Positions 1 to 13,186 of a stretch of DNA of 64,000 bases are shown one piece after another. The notes beneath the pieces are model-generated. The model was not told the origin of the DNA. It did not search any database and saw only the letters and a program-made list of their open reading frames with translations. Origin of the DNA: Eledone cirrhosa (Eukaryota). The position numbers were made by a program, and so were the translations under genes. Every line of letters begins with the position of its first letter. Position 1 is the first letter of the stretch. The stretch is from NCBI GenBank assembly GCA_964016885.1, contig OZ024751.1, positions 33,604,001 through 33,668,000 of the forward strand, given 5' to 3'.

Positions 1-73
1 CTATCAGTAATGTTGTTATATTAAATAATGTCATATTCAATAATGTTGTATTCAATAATGTTGTTATATTCAA

Positions 74-263
74 TAATTGTTTCTACTTTAGGCACAAGGC
101 CAGCAATTACCCAGTGCATTACTGGTACTTTATTTTATCGACCCCGTAAGGATGAAAGGCAAAGTCAACCTCGGCGAGATTTGAACTCAGATCGTAAAGG
201 GACGTAACTATGCTGGAAAACATGGCGTCCGACCTTCTACCGATACTGCCAATCCACCGCCCT
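74..263 (-). mobile_element. tRNA-derived SINE with Meta domain, near full length
   Basis: A-box-like TGGCAGTATCGG, B box GAGTTCAAATC, Meta-type core CCTTTCATCCTTACGGGGTCGATAAAATAAAGTACCAG, (ATT)n tail. Confidence 0.85.
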
Positions 264-733
264 TGTTATATTCAATAATGTTATATTAATAATGTTGTTA
301 TATTAATAATGTCATATTCAATAATGTTATATTAATAATGTCATATTCAATAATGTTGTTATATTAATAATGTCATATTCAATAATGTTATATTAATAAT
401 GTCATATTCAATAATGTTGTTATATTCAATAATGTTGTTATATTAAGTAATGTCTCATGTATGTTCATCACAGAGAGATCTCTGATTGTTTACAATGATT
501 ATTATAAAACAAAGAATATCTAAGAAGCTAAAGAGGTTAGATAAGCAAGGAATATTGCCGATTCATCATCATCGTTTAACGTTAATTTTTCACGCTAGCA
601 TGGGTTAGACATTGGATTGTTGATATATAGTAATCCAACTATGCCACTTCACTGATTAAAAGAAATATGTTGCTAATATGGCAACTAATCTTGAGAAAGT
701 ATTAAAAATAAAAAAATATATAAAATTATTGAC

Positions 734-989
734 CTGCAGGTTTTTTTAAATGTATTCCTTTCCAACTACACCACATAGCAGGAAAGATACCAGGTGAGTC
801 GACATGGCAACCAAATCGGATGTATGAACGTTCACTGACAGGTCGAACATCATCAATTTCGACAATGAAGTATTTATCATCAACAACATCAATTACAGTA
901 GCAGGACAAATCTCATTCCTTGTTACTGGGTTCACAGCCTCTAGCTTCCAGCCAGCCAGGAAATTATGTCTACCAATTTCAATCTGATC
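734..989 (-). CDS. SFMBT1: SFMBT1/2-like coding exon 7 (MBT repeat 3); gene continues beyond the left edge
   Basis: DQIEIGRHNFLAGWKLEAVNPVTRNEICPATVIDVVDDKYFIVEIDD...CHVDSPGIFPAMWCSWKGIHLKKPA. CCAG/GTCAA, 256 nt. Confidence 0.95.
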
Positions 990-1302
990 CTGGTAAAAAC
1001 AAAACATTTCATTGTGTTAAAATAACAATAAAAATAAAACAATTAAGCAATAACTAACAATGTTAACCCACTCCCTTTGTTTTGTTTTTATCCATTTTTT
1101 CCACATTAGCAGCTCTAGGTATATTTTGGGGGGTTTTTGTTTTTTTTTTGTTAAATGGCTAAGTGAGGAGAAAGGGCTATGGCCCCTGTTCTGTGGATCA
1201 CCAGTGATCTGGGACTAAACAGCAAATATCTGGATATTTTCCACACATCCCTACTTATTTCTACTTCAGTCTCTATTGTCAACATACATGTCACATTAAA
1301 GA

Positions 1303-1562
1303 TATGTTAAAGGCTCACCTTGAATATATCAACAGGAAGTGGTATTATGTTAAAGGCTTACCTTGAATATATCAACAGGGAGTGGTATTATGTTAAAGGC
1401 TTACCTTGAATATATCAACAGGGAGTGGTATTATGTTAAAGGCTTACCAGGGAGTGGTATTATGTTAAAGGCTCACCAGGGAGTGGTATTATGTTAAAGG
1501 CTCACCAGGGAGTGGTATTATATGAAAGGCTTACCTTGAATATATCAACAGGGAGTGGCATT
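1303..1562. repeat. 43/29-bp tandem repeat overlapping the SFMBT exon 6 donor
   Basis: Seven copies of TATGTTAAAGGCT(T/C)ACC...GGGAGTGGTAT. Confidence 0.9.
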
Positions 1563-1632
1563 GCTTCAGCTTCCTTTAAAGCCCCCTGGAAAATCTCATC
1601 CCATTCGTCTTTTGTATAATTATCTTCATACT
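1535..1632 (-). CDS. SFMBT1: SFMBT1/2-like coding exon 6 (not in ORF track)
   Basis: EYEDNYTKDEWDEIFQGALKEAEAMPLPVDIFK. TTTTGTAG/GTAAG, 98 nt, phase 1 to 0, bridges the flanking exons in frame. Confidence 0.88.
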
Positions 1633-2057
1633 CTACAAAAACCAGTGAAAGTTTCAATTTAAGACAACAGAAAGAAACAAAAAGTTCTGTACATAAAGAA
1701 ACAATTTCTTTTTAAGTCATTTATTCTGTTTAGAAGACAACTTTTAATTATTACTAAATTACCATCTGTACTAACTTGTATTGAAATAAATCTTTCATCA
1801 GCATCAGTAGTAAATTATTCTATGTACTATACATGCACCTTTGATGTGTTGTAGTGCACCTGAGCACTGTACATAATTTTCGTTATCATTATTTAGAAAG
1901 TGAGACGCTACAATAAAACACACCAAATAGATGCTGTGAGGTGGTTGACATGGAAAGTAGTCATATGATGTCAATGATGATGGTGGTAGTGATGATGATC
2001 TCATTGATGGTAATGTCAATGATGATGGTGATGATGTTATAAAGTGGTGCTTCTTAC

Positions 2058-2298
2058 CTTTTGGAGGAGAGTATTCATAATTGTTCTGTTTGGCCCAATC
2101 AATAGGATGGAGTAAATGATTGAGATAGAAGAGCCAGAAGTCAGTCTGGCAATCATTTAAACCTTCAGGACGTAAATACAAACGACCTCCAACATTCTCT
2201 AAAACTTTCACAATCCAAACATGGTTGGGATTTATATGGTCCTGTAGTTCAAGACGCATACCTTGCTTTATTTGATCAACAGGAGTTGTTCCAGTTGT
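2058..2298 (-). CDS. SFMBT1: SFMBT1/2-like coding exon 5 (MBT repeat 2)
   Basis: TTGTTPVDQIKQGMRLELQDHINPNHVWIVKVLENVGGRLYLR...FWLFYLNHLLHPIDWAKQN. TGTAG/GTAAG, 241 nt. Confidence 0.95.
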
Positions 2299-2369
2299 CT
2301 ACAATACATAATATATATACATACATGTATATAATACATTATAACAAAATAATAAGCCTGCATGTAAAA

Positions 2370-2520
2370 ATATTAAAGGATTTAGGTATCAAAAGTATGG
2401 ACATGTGGTTAGAATGTCTCAGTAAAGAATCACTGGACAGATATGGGCAAAACCAACTGGCAGGAGAGCCAAGGGTAGACCACAAGCAAGATGGATGGGT
2501 AACATCCATGAGCTTGACAC
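2370..2520 (+). mobile_element. Small RTE LINE ORF C-terminal relic
   Basis: GHVVRM...WAKPTGRRAKGRPQARW...NIHEL. Same family as 47596-48030. Confidence 0.6.
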
Positions 2521-2641
2521 CTAATATATACAGAGACAACTATTTACCATAGAATACATTAATAGAACTTTATATATCACCAGAGAGACGGCCCTTCCAC
2601 CCTTGACAAACACATTAATCCCAAAAAGAAAAACCCCCTAC

Positions 2642-2730
2642 CTTATCCAGCAAATAAGAGGGAGCAGTAGCAGCTCCAACAAGAGAAGTTGTTAAAAAGT
2701 CACGCCAATTTCCAATCTTGTTCTTGATTT
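2642..2730 (-). CDS. SFMBT1: SFMBT1/2-like coding exon 4 (not in ORF track)
   Basis: EIKNKIGNWRDFLTTSLVGAATAPSYLLDK (arm of MBT repeat 2). CCAG acceptor, GTAGG donor, 89 nt, phase 1 to 0. Confidence 0.9.
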
Positions 2731-3299
2731 CTGGTAAAAGAAAACATAGGATTAACCAATATTACAACAGACTAAATTTTAATTTCACAACAGTATTAAC
2801 ATTTTCAAACTATTAAATCCTATTTCACTGACAACAGTATCTAACAAATTCTATTTCACAACAGTATCTATTAAATGTTATTATCTCATTTAAACTTCTC
2901 CAAACAGACTGGATATTCTGAATATTGTTGTCTCTTCATACTATTTTATTTGATAATCATTTGTGAACAATGATGTCCTTAATTATCAGTTAGGCACAAT
3001 TTCTCATCTATCTTTACGAGATATGTTCAATAATTAATGAGAATATTTCAAGAGAACTATTTTCCCACTCCTAGAAGACATCCTCCTAGTCCTTGAGGAA
3101 AGTTGCAGATCTTTTATGAAATATAAATCAAACCTACCCTAATAGGATAAACACTCATTCATGGAAAGTTTCATATAAACCTAACACATGTAAAACTATG
3201 ACTTCTTTTTATAAACATTCAACATTCAGAATCAGTTTTTCAAAGTAACAATAATTATAATTAAAAGTCATAATGAAAATATAAGAAATATTTATTTAC

Positions 3300-3540
3300 C
3301 ATCAGGAGGCATTAATGTTTTATTATTTTGGGCACACCAACCAATACTGTGTATTTCTGAGGCAGTAAGATCATGCCAGAAATCAGCTGAACCATCATCA
3401 CCATAACCATCATAACGGAGACGAAGAAGAGGACCACAAGTCATTATAACTGAGGCTACCCAATATGTGTCAGGGGAGCTTTTCACTGCAACTTCTAACT
3501 TCATCCCTTTCACAAAACCACTCTGTAAGCTGCACTCAAC
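3300..3540 (-). CDS. SFMBT1: SFMBT1/2-like coding exon 3 (MBT repeat 1)
   Basis: [55 protein letters not shown]...[15 protein letters not shown] is a typical SFMBT MBT core. TTTCAG/GTAAAT, 241 nt. Confidence 0.96.
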
Positions 3541-3691
3541 CTGAAATGAAATATCAATCAGCATAAATATTCAATCTGCATATATATTGGTGGAATGGTT
3601 TATATATTGGCAGAATGGTCTATATATTGTTCATGATAGTGTCTAAGTGTGTCTGATTGTATTAACATTATATATATAAATATATATATAT

Positions 3692-5557
3692 ATCATCATC
3701 ATCATCGTTTTACGTCCGTCCTTCCACGCTAGCATGGGTTAGACGGGTTGTCCTGTTGTAGGCAGTGTCCAGTCGGCTGACCTTGTCTTGCTCATACAGG
3801 AACTGATTCTGGCTTGATTTCTACAGCCTTCCTAACACCAACCTCGTTTACAGTGAGTGCTGGATGCTTTTTTCCGTGGCGCCTTCACGTCCGCTTTACA
3901 GTGTGGGCTGGGTGCTTTTTTGCCGTGGCACCTCCACGACAACTTTGCAGTGGGAGGGGGTGGGGACATATTGTCTATATGCTTTAGCTTCGGCTTGTTC
4001 TTGTGGGGGATCAGGTCTTCTGTATTACTGCGTGACGCCAGAGGTCACAGTCGTGTGTCATTGCTCTTTGGCCTTTATCACCTCATCCCAGGTCTTCTTG
4101 GGTCTCCCCACTCCACGGCTTCCATCGACTTCCAGTGCTCTGCACCTTTTTATGCAGCTGTCATCCTTCATACGCATCACATGTCCATACCAACGTAACC
4201 TCCTCTCCTGCACACAGCATCTGATTCCTCTTATGCTCAGTCTCTCTCTAAATTTGTTTATACTTTGCCGTTCACGTATATTACTATTACACATCCATCG
4301 GAGCATGCAGGCTTCGTTTCTTTCTAATCTACGCAAGTCTTCTACAAACAGCGCCCAGATTTCATTTCCATGTAACATTGTTGTTCTTATACACGCATCA
4401 TACAGTCTGCCTTTCATTTTGAGGGAAAAGCCTTTTGTAGCTAGCAGTGGCAGTAGCTCCCTGAACTTCTTCCATCCTGTTCTTACCCTAGTTATTGTAC
4501 TTTCCGAACACCCACCTCCGCTGCTAATTCAGTCACCTAGGTAGCAGAAGCTGTCTACTGTTTCTACAGAGCCCTCCCAGAGTTTGGTGGTGCTTGTTTC
4601 CTGTGGTCGTTTGCTGCTTGCTGTCCCAGCGCAGCTGCTACATATGAAGCCTACATTCTTAGTTAAACTTCCCAAGATCCCACCACATCTCTTGTGTACC
4701 CATTGTTTGCATTTGGGGCAGAGGATGGAGTTCCTACCTACACCTTTCCTACATACTGAGCAAGGCCATTTTCCTGAGGGAATCTGGGTTCTGTTTTCTC
4801 ATCTATTTACAAGAACCTTAGTCTTTGTCAGGTCGACTTTGAGACCCTTTCTTTCTAGTCCCTGCTTCCATGTTTGGAATTTCTTCTCTAGTTCCACCAT
4901 GGATTCAGCTATAAGTGCGAGATCATCTGCATACAGGAGTTCCCATGGGCATCCGGTCTTAAACTCCTCCGTTATTGCCTGCAAAACTATAATGAACAGG
5001 AGAGGGCTAAGAACAGAGCCCTGGTGGACACCAACCTGTATGCTAAATTCATCGCTATATTCATTGCTAACTCTAACTTTGCTGACTGCTCCTCTATACA
5101 TGGCTTGTACAGCTTTCACAAGCCATTCATCTACTCCTCATTTTCTAAGAGCCCACCAGATTATAGCATGGGGGACTCTGTCAAAGGCTTTTCCAGATCG
5201 ACGAATGTCAGGTAGAGCGGCTTACTTTTAGCTAGGTACTTTTCCTGTAACTGCCTCACAAGGCATCATTGGTGCCTTTTTCCTGGCACAAACCCAAATT
5301 GCATCTCATCTAGTTTCACCCAGTCCCTAATCAACTGTGCTATAACTCTTTCCGTTACTTTCATGACTGGTCCATCAGCTTTATACCTCTATAGTTTCCT
5401 CTATCTAGTGCATCAGCTTTACCTTTGTAGCAGTTGACAATGATGCTGCTGCACCAATCCTTTGGTATGATACCCTCTACTATTACCTGGTTAACAATTT
5501 GTGTTGTTATGGTGTGACCTACCGACCCAGATGCCTTCAGCATCTCGGCAGCTATAC

Positions 5558-5559
<2 letters not shown>
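3692..5559 (-). mobile_element. 5'-truncated, decayed RTE-clade LINE (RT domain with PHD insert, 3' UTR, (GAT)n tail) in SFMBT intron
   Basis: Frameshifted fragments YKGKADALDRGNYRGIKLM, GVHQGSVLSPLLF, LLYADDL, FCYLGD, RRLRWYGHVMR, GRPKKTW. Short ATC-repeat tail at about 3692-3706. Confidence 0.93.
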
Positions 5560-5618
<59 letters not shown>

Positions 5619-5977
5619 TGTGTGTGGTTTGTCTGTGTATGTATCAAATATAGAAAAAAATTATTTGTAACAAATATGTATCTGTTCATTAAAAAAATGA
5701 AACAACTCTCTCTCAAGAGAGAGAGAGAGAGATTCAAATGATGGAGCGAATTTAATATCAATGTCGATGTCACTTCAAGTTGTGCTTTTGAGAAAATAAA
5801 AACAGATAAAGGTAGTTCAATTTTTACTAATATTAATTTCTTAGATGGGTACAATGTAAGACATTTTGTGGAGTGAGATTAGTTGATTAAATCAACCTCA
5901 ATATTTAACTGATATATTATTTTAATGATCCTGAAAAAATATATATTCTGAAATATTTTGTGAAATATTCTACTTAC

Positions 5978-6075
5978 ATGTTTGAATGCTGTTGGTGGCA
6001 CTTCTAGAGCTCCAGTCTCCTGAAGATATTCCTCCCACACAAAGTCTGGTTCCTCATAAGTCTCTACAAGACCAT
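5978..6075 (-). CDS. SFMBT1: SFMBT1/2-like coding exon 2 (start of MBT repeat 1)
   Basis: DGLVETYEEPDFVWEEYLQETGALEVPPTAFKH resembles the SFMBT1 FSWEDYLEETG...SFKH segment. TTTAG acceptor, GTAAG donor, 98 nt, phase 1 to 0. Confidence 0.93.
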
Positions 6076-6397
6076 CTAAAACATTATAAAAATTCATCAA
6101 ACAAAAATGCATTTCATGAAATCGATATAAAAAAAACAACAATTGGTGTATAACGTTAACCCTTTCATTACCATATTTTTTAATGAACTTCCAAATAATT
6201 TTGAAAATAATCAAGAATTTGGAGGGATTTAATATAATTTTCTCATGAAGCTGGTGTTTTTGATACAAAGATTCTGACACTAAATTATGATGGAAGGTTT
6301 TTAAATATAAACACTTTAAAAGTTTTCTATCATAAAACCAGGGATGGTTTAGTATCAAAAGGGTTAAAGCCCCTAATTTCCATCACACTAGTAATAA

Positions 6398-6962
6398 TAA
6401 TTGTTTCTACTTTTGGCACAAGGCCAGCAATTACCCAGTGCATTACTGGTACTTTATTTTATCGACCCCGGAAGGATGAAAGACAAAGTTAACCTCCGCG
6501 GGATTTGAACTCAGATCATACAGGGAGGTAACTATGCTTCAAAGCGTGGCGTCCGACCCTCTACCGATACTGCCAATCCACCGCCTTGTAATAATAATTG
6601 TTTCTACTTTAGGCACAGGCCAGCAATTGTAATAATAATAATGATTAATAATAGTCTACATTATAATAAGCGTATTGTCTGTCTGTATGTCTGTCCGTCA
6701 TGCTCACTTTATATAGAGAGGGGGAGCACCATGAGAGAGATATATACAGAGATAGAGAGAGAAAAGGGAATGCCATTTGTTTAGAGAGAGTGAAAGTGTG
6801 TGTGACAGAAAAAGGGAGATGTCGCCCTCATTTAGTAGTAATAATAATAATTGTTTCTACATTTGGCACATGGCCAGCAATTACCCAGTGCATTACTGGT
6901 ACTTTATTTTATCGACCCCGTAAGGATGAAAGGCAAAGTTAACCTCGACGGGATTTGAACTC
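6398..6962 (-). mobile_element. Cluster of same SINE: full copy 6398-6587, stub ~6592-6630, partial copy 6846-6962
   Basis: High similarity to 74-263. Confidence 0.85.
6655..6838 (+). mobile_element. Possible short non-autonomous Helitron
   Basis: 5' TC, early (GTCT)n-like tract, 3' hairpin GGGAGA-TG-TCGCCC a few nt before a GTAG|T end (canonical CTRR imperfect). Confidence 0.4.
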
Positions 6963-7003
6963 TAATAATAATAAATGCATAAAAAGTGTTAAAGGAAATT
7001 TAC

Positions 7004-7760
7004 CTTCTGTATCTTCACACATGTCCAGGTTGCAGTGAGGATCAGGAATTTCTTCAGAGTCACTCGGAGAGACTGGTACTTCACTGGGGTTCTGACTACT
7101 TATCTCTTCTGTATAATCCTCTTCCTCCTCCTCCTCCTCCTCTTCCTCTTCCTCCTCCTCTTCCTCCTCCTCTTCGATATTCTCAGAGACCGGAGACTCC
7201 GACGACACAAACTGGTCATCTTTCTCAGTCATTACAACTGAATCGACGGACTTATTGTCGGTGTCGGGACAAATCTCACAGGAGGCATCGGAGTCAAGGT
7301 CTACAGACACTTCATCTTTTCCTTCTTCACACACAGAACTTCCCACTTCCGTTTCCTCTCGGTTCTGCTCATTGGAATTAGTTGGTACCAACTGTTGATT
7401 GGGGTCCTCCTCCAACACTTCACCAGTTTCCAAGTGGGTCGTTGACACAGGTTCTATTGTGTTCACAGGTGGGAATGTATTGGTCAGACTAGCAGTAGGA
7501 ATGCTCTGGAGACACTGGAAATTAGGCTGCAAAACTACCGTAGGTGGAGTACTCACAAACAGTTGATTATTAGTAAATACCTGAGGTGAGAAGCCAGGAA
7601 AGTTTGCAGGTAGATAAACTGGAGACAACACCTGTGTAGTGGTAAATGCTCCAAGTGTGGTAACAGGAGTACAATGCATATTGGCAGGGATGCCAGCAGG
7701 GAATGTTGGTTTCATTTGTGTGGTGTGATTTATCAGAGCAGCACTAAATTGTTCCTTCAT
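7004..7760 (-). CDS. SFMBT1: SFMBT1/2-like, first coding exon (low-complexity Pro/Thr-rich and acidic poly-Glu N-terminal extension)
   Basis: ATG at 7760, open to donor G|GTAAAT at 7004/7003 (phase 1), which joins the next exon in frame (G|AT=Asp). Acceptor AG at 7870-7869, so the exon starts at 7868. Confidence 0.75.
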
Positions 7761-7949
7761 TCTTTAGTCAGAACAGTGAAAATATTCAACTGATATATGA
7801 CTTTTTTTCTCTGCTAACTGCTGGTATGTGATATCCAACACCCAAGATTTCTCTAGCACTGGAATCATCTACAAATATAAAGGTAGAAATAGGTAAATAT
7901 TTGACATGAATAACAATATTTCTTTTTTTGTTTATACACATATATTGGT

Positions 7950-8230
7950 TCAGGATAGTAGTGTAGTTAAGAAGCTTGCTTCACAACCACAGGCTTTTGA
8001 ACTTAATCCTATTGCATGTTACTTTGGGAAAGGGGTTATTACTACAGTTTCACAATATAGATGAAACTTGGTACACAGAAACTTTGTGGAAGCCCATCAT
8101 GCTGTTGAAACTTAGTGGTAGAATAAAAACCATAGTTAAACATTAAGGTTTTATGTCAGGAAGGCCTTCTGGCTGCAGAATATTACCTTAAAAAAAGTAT
8201 TGTTCAACCCATGCCAGCATGGAAAACTGA
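7950..8230 (+). mobile_element. Old tRNA-SINE with RTE-derived 3' tail
   Basis: Decayed tRNA-like head. 3' AACCCATGCCAGCATGGAAAA matches the 3' end of the RTE at 3720-3742. Tail-only copies at ~563-610, 8247-8290 and 17996-18050. Confidence 0.5.
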
Positions 8231-8486
8231 TAACATATATGGCTATCATCATCATCATCATTTAATGCCCATTTTCCACGCTAGCATGTACAGCACTTTA
8301 GTACTCCACTTTAAATAAGTACTGAGCTCAACAGCATTGACTATAACCCTTTACCTAAGCCAATAAATGGGTGAAAAAGTACTCAATACTACAGAAGAGT
8401 GTAATAGTTTAGTGGGGCTGATCCAGTTTACTGGGTCAGCCTAAGTAAATTCTCTCACTTATATATATGTATATATATATATATAT

Positions 8487-8760
8487 AGTTTTGCGAGGAT
8501 TTTGATATGAAATCGTGAGTCGAAACAAATATTGTTATACTTGGGGAGGGTCATATTTGTGTAATATTGCCAGAATTAATAACAGAACACACTCACTGTT
8601 TGGTTGGTTTTCGCTTCTGTGTCTTTTATATCGGTTAATTTAATTTATTCAGAAAAGAAAGACACAGAAGCGAAAAGCGAAGACCAACCAAACAGAGAGT
8701 GTGTTCTGTTATTAATTCTGGCAATATTACACAAATATGACCCTCCCCAAGTATAACAAT
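8487..8760. mobile_element. Palindromic relic of a related Penelope family (~95-bp arms plus tail) in (TA)n
   Basis: Arms 8530-8625/8660-8760 end in ATGACCCTCCCCAAGTATAACAAT, nearly identical to the pLTR end at 39691-39715. The tail 8487-8530 resembles 39716-39758. Confidence 0.7.
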
Positions 8761-8954
8761 ATATATATATATATACACGTGTGTGTATATTTACATAATA
8801 CAATATACACACATGTTTCTGTGTATTCCTCATAGATTTCAATCTAATGTAGACACTTAAGATGTCTTTCAGTTCTATCTGTATTCTATGACCAAACACT
8901 ATTACGGAAGAAATATTAAAAGAAGTTTTCACTGAAATAGAAGTATGAGAAATT

Positions 8955-9460
8955 ATGTTACTATACTATAATGTTACTATACACTACTACACACCATAAT
9001 GCTACTATACTATATACTATACACTACTACTACAAACTATGCTACTATAATACTACTACTACAAACTATGCTACTATTATACTATAATACTACTACTACA
9101 CACTATAATACTACTACTACTACACACCACTATAATACTACTACTACTACACACCACTATAATACTACTATACTATAATGCTACTACTACTACTACACAC
9201 TATAATGCTACTATACTATAATACTACTACAAACTATAATGCTACTATACTATAATACTACTACTACTACACACTATAATACTACTATACTATAATACTA
9301 CTACTACTACTTCACACTATAATGCTACTATACTATAATACTACTATACTATAATACTACTAGTACACACTATAATGCTACTATACTAAAATACTACTAC
9401 TACTACTACACACTATAATGCTACTATACTAAAATACTACTACTACTATACTATAATGTT
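8955..9460. repeat. Degenerate (ACT/TAT)n tract
   Basis: Direct inspection. Confidence 0.85.
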
Positions 9461-9554
9461 ACTCTTATGTTTATCTTTCAGTTTTAAAAACTTCCAAATC
9501 TTTCGTTTATTCAACAATATTGTTTTAGCCACCAAAAGAGTCTATTGTAAATAT

Positions 9555-10305
9555 ATAGTGTATATAACAACCACACATATATAGTGTATATAACCACACA
9601 TATTTAGTGTATATAACAACCACACATATATAGTGTATATAACAACCACACATATTTAGTGTATATAACAACCACACATATTTAGTGTATATAACAACCA
9701 CACATATATAGTGTATATAACAACCACACATATATAGTGTATATAACAACCACACATATATAGTGTATATAACAACCACACATATTTAGTGTATATAACA
9801 ACCACACATATATAGTGTATATAACAACCACACATATTTAGTGTATATAACAACCACACATATATAGTGTATATAACAACCACACATATTTAGTGTATAT
9901 AACAACCACACATTTAGTGTATATAACAACCACACATTTAGTGTATATAACAACCACACATATTTAGTGTATATAACAACCACGCATATTTAGTGTATAT
10001 AACAACCACACATATTTAGTGTATATAACAACCACACATATTTAGTGTATATAATAACCACACATATTTAGTGTATATAACAACCACACATATTTAGTGT
10101 ATATAACAACCACACATATTTAGTGTATATAACAACCACACATATTTAGTGTATATAATAACCACACATATTTAGTGTATATAACAACCACACATATTTA
10201 GTGTATATAACAACCACACATATTTAGTGTATATAACAACCACACATATTTAGTGTATATAACAACCACACATATTTAGTGTATATAACAACCACACATA
10301 TATAT
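9555..10305. repeat. 26-bp minisatellite, ~29 copies
   Basis: TTTAGTGTATATAACAACCACACATA. Confidence 0.95.
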
Positions 10306-10339
10306 ACTATACGTTTATAAGCATGTGCACACAATGCAC

Positions 10340-11359
10340 ACATACCATCCATTTATATACACACACCATATATTTATATATACACACCATATATATACAG
10401 GACAATATATATATATATATATAGATCACAACCACTACACATTTTGTGTTAATATTTATACATACACATACCATATATTTATATATATATATATATATAT
10501 ACATACACATATATTTATATATATATATATATACATACACATATATTTATATATATATATACATACACATATATTTATATATATACATACATACACATAT
10601 ATTTATATATATACATACACATATATTTATATATATATATACACATATATTTATATATATATACATACACATATTTATATATATATATATATACATACAC
10701 ATATTTATATATATATATATATACATACACATATTTATATATATATATATACATACACATATTTATATATATATATATACATACACATATTTATATATAT
10801 ATACATACATACACATATTTATATATATATACATACATACAGATATTTATATATATGTATATATATACTGTTCAGAGATGTGCAACCAAGCGAATACCCT
10901 CCATCAGGCATCTACCATACTCTGAGCGCCTTGCTTCCCTGGGCATGGATTCATTGAAGCTCCGACGCCTGGCAACTGACTTGGTAAACACCCACAAAAT
11001 TGTTAACCATGTTGCCAACAACAACCCTGAGTGCCTTTTCGATTTCCATGTGTCTAACACACGTGGACATGCCCACAAAGTAAGAAAACAGCACAGTTCC
11101 CATGACTTTCGGAAACATTTTTTCACGCTCAGAGTTGCTGAAGCATGGAACAAACTACCTGCATCAGTTGTTAGCTGTCGAGACACTGCATCCTTTAAGG
11201 CCTCCATGCTTCCCGAGATCCGCCAACACTACAGCTAACACATACACACATGTACTTCCCTGGCATTTGTGTATTATTCTATGTACTATATTGACGAGTT
11301 GTAGTGCACCTGAGCACTTTACACAATAATTTCATTATTATTATTATTATACATACACA

Positions 11360-11397
<38 letters not shown>

Positions 11398-11770
11398 CAC
11401 ACATACACATTTATATATATATATATACATACACACATATATATATATATATATATATACATACACATTTATATATATATATACATACACATATATATAT
11501 ATATATATATATACATACACATTTATATATATATATACATACACATATATATATATATATATATATACATACACATTTATATATATATATATATATATAT
11601 ACATACACATATATATATATATATATATACATACACATATTTATATGTATATATATATATACATACACATATATATATATATATATATACATACACATAT
11701 ATATATATATACATACACATTTATATATATATATATATATACATACACATATATAGATATATATATACAT

Positions 11771-11805
<35 letters not shown>

Positions 11806-12410
11806 CACATATTTATATATATATATATATATATACATACACATATTTATATATATATATACATACACATATTTATATATATATATATATATACATACAC
11901 ATATTTATATATATATATATATATATATACATACACATATTTATATATATATATATATATACATACACATATTTATATATATATATATATATACATACAC
12001 ATATTTATATATATATATATATATATACATACACATATTTATATATATATATATATATATACATACACATATTTATATATATATATATATATATACATAC
12101 ACATATTTATATATATATATATATATACATACACACACACACATATATATATATATATACATACACATACACATATATATATATATATATATACATACAC
12201 ATACACATATATATATATATACATACACATACACATATATATATATATATACATACACATACACATATATATATATATATATATACACATATATATATAT
12301 ATATATACATACACATACACATATATATATATATATATATACATACACATATATATATATATATATATATACATACACATATATATATATATATATATAT
12401 ACATACACAT

Positions 12411-12445
<35 letters not shown>

Positions 12446-13147
12446 CACATACACATATATATATATATATATATACATACACATACACACATATATATAT
12501 ATATATATACATACACATACACATATATATATATATATACATACACGTACATATATATATATATATACATACACATATTTATATATATATATATATATAC
12601 ATACACATTTATATTTATATATATATATATATATACATACATAGACATACCATTTATATACATACACATACCATATATTTATATATATATACATACCATA
12701 TATATATATATACACATACACATACCATATATTTATATATATATACACATACCATATATTTATATATATATACACATACCATATATTTATATACCTACCA
12801 TATATTTATATATATATATATATATACATACCATATTTTTATATATATATACACATACCATATATTTATATATATATATACATACACATACCATATATTT
12901 ATATATATATACATATATATATATATACACATACCATATATATTATATATATACATACACATACCATATATATATATATATATACATACACATACCATAT
13001 ATATATATATATACATACACATACCATATATATATATATATATACATACACATACCATATATATATATATATATACATACAATATATATATATATATATA
13101 TACATACACATACCATATATATATATATATATATATACATACACATA

Positions 13148-13186
<39 letters not shown>

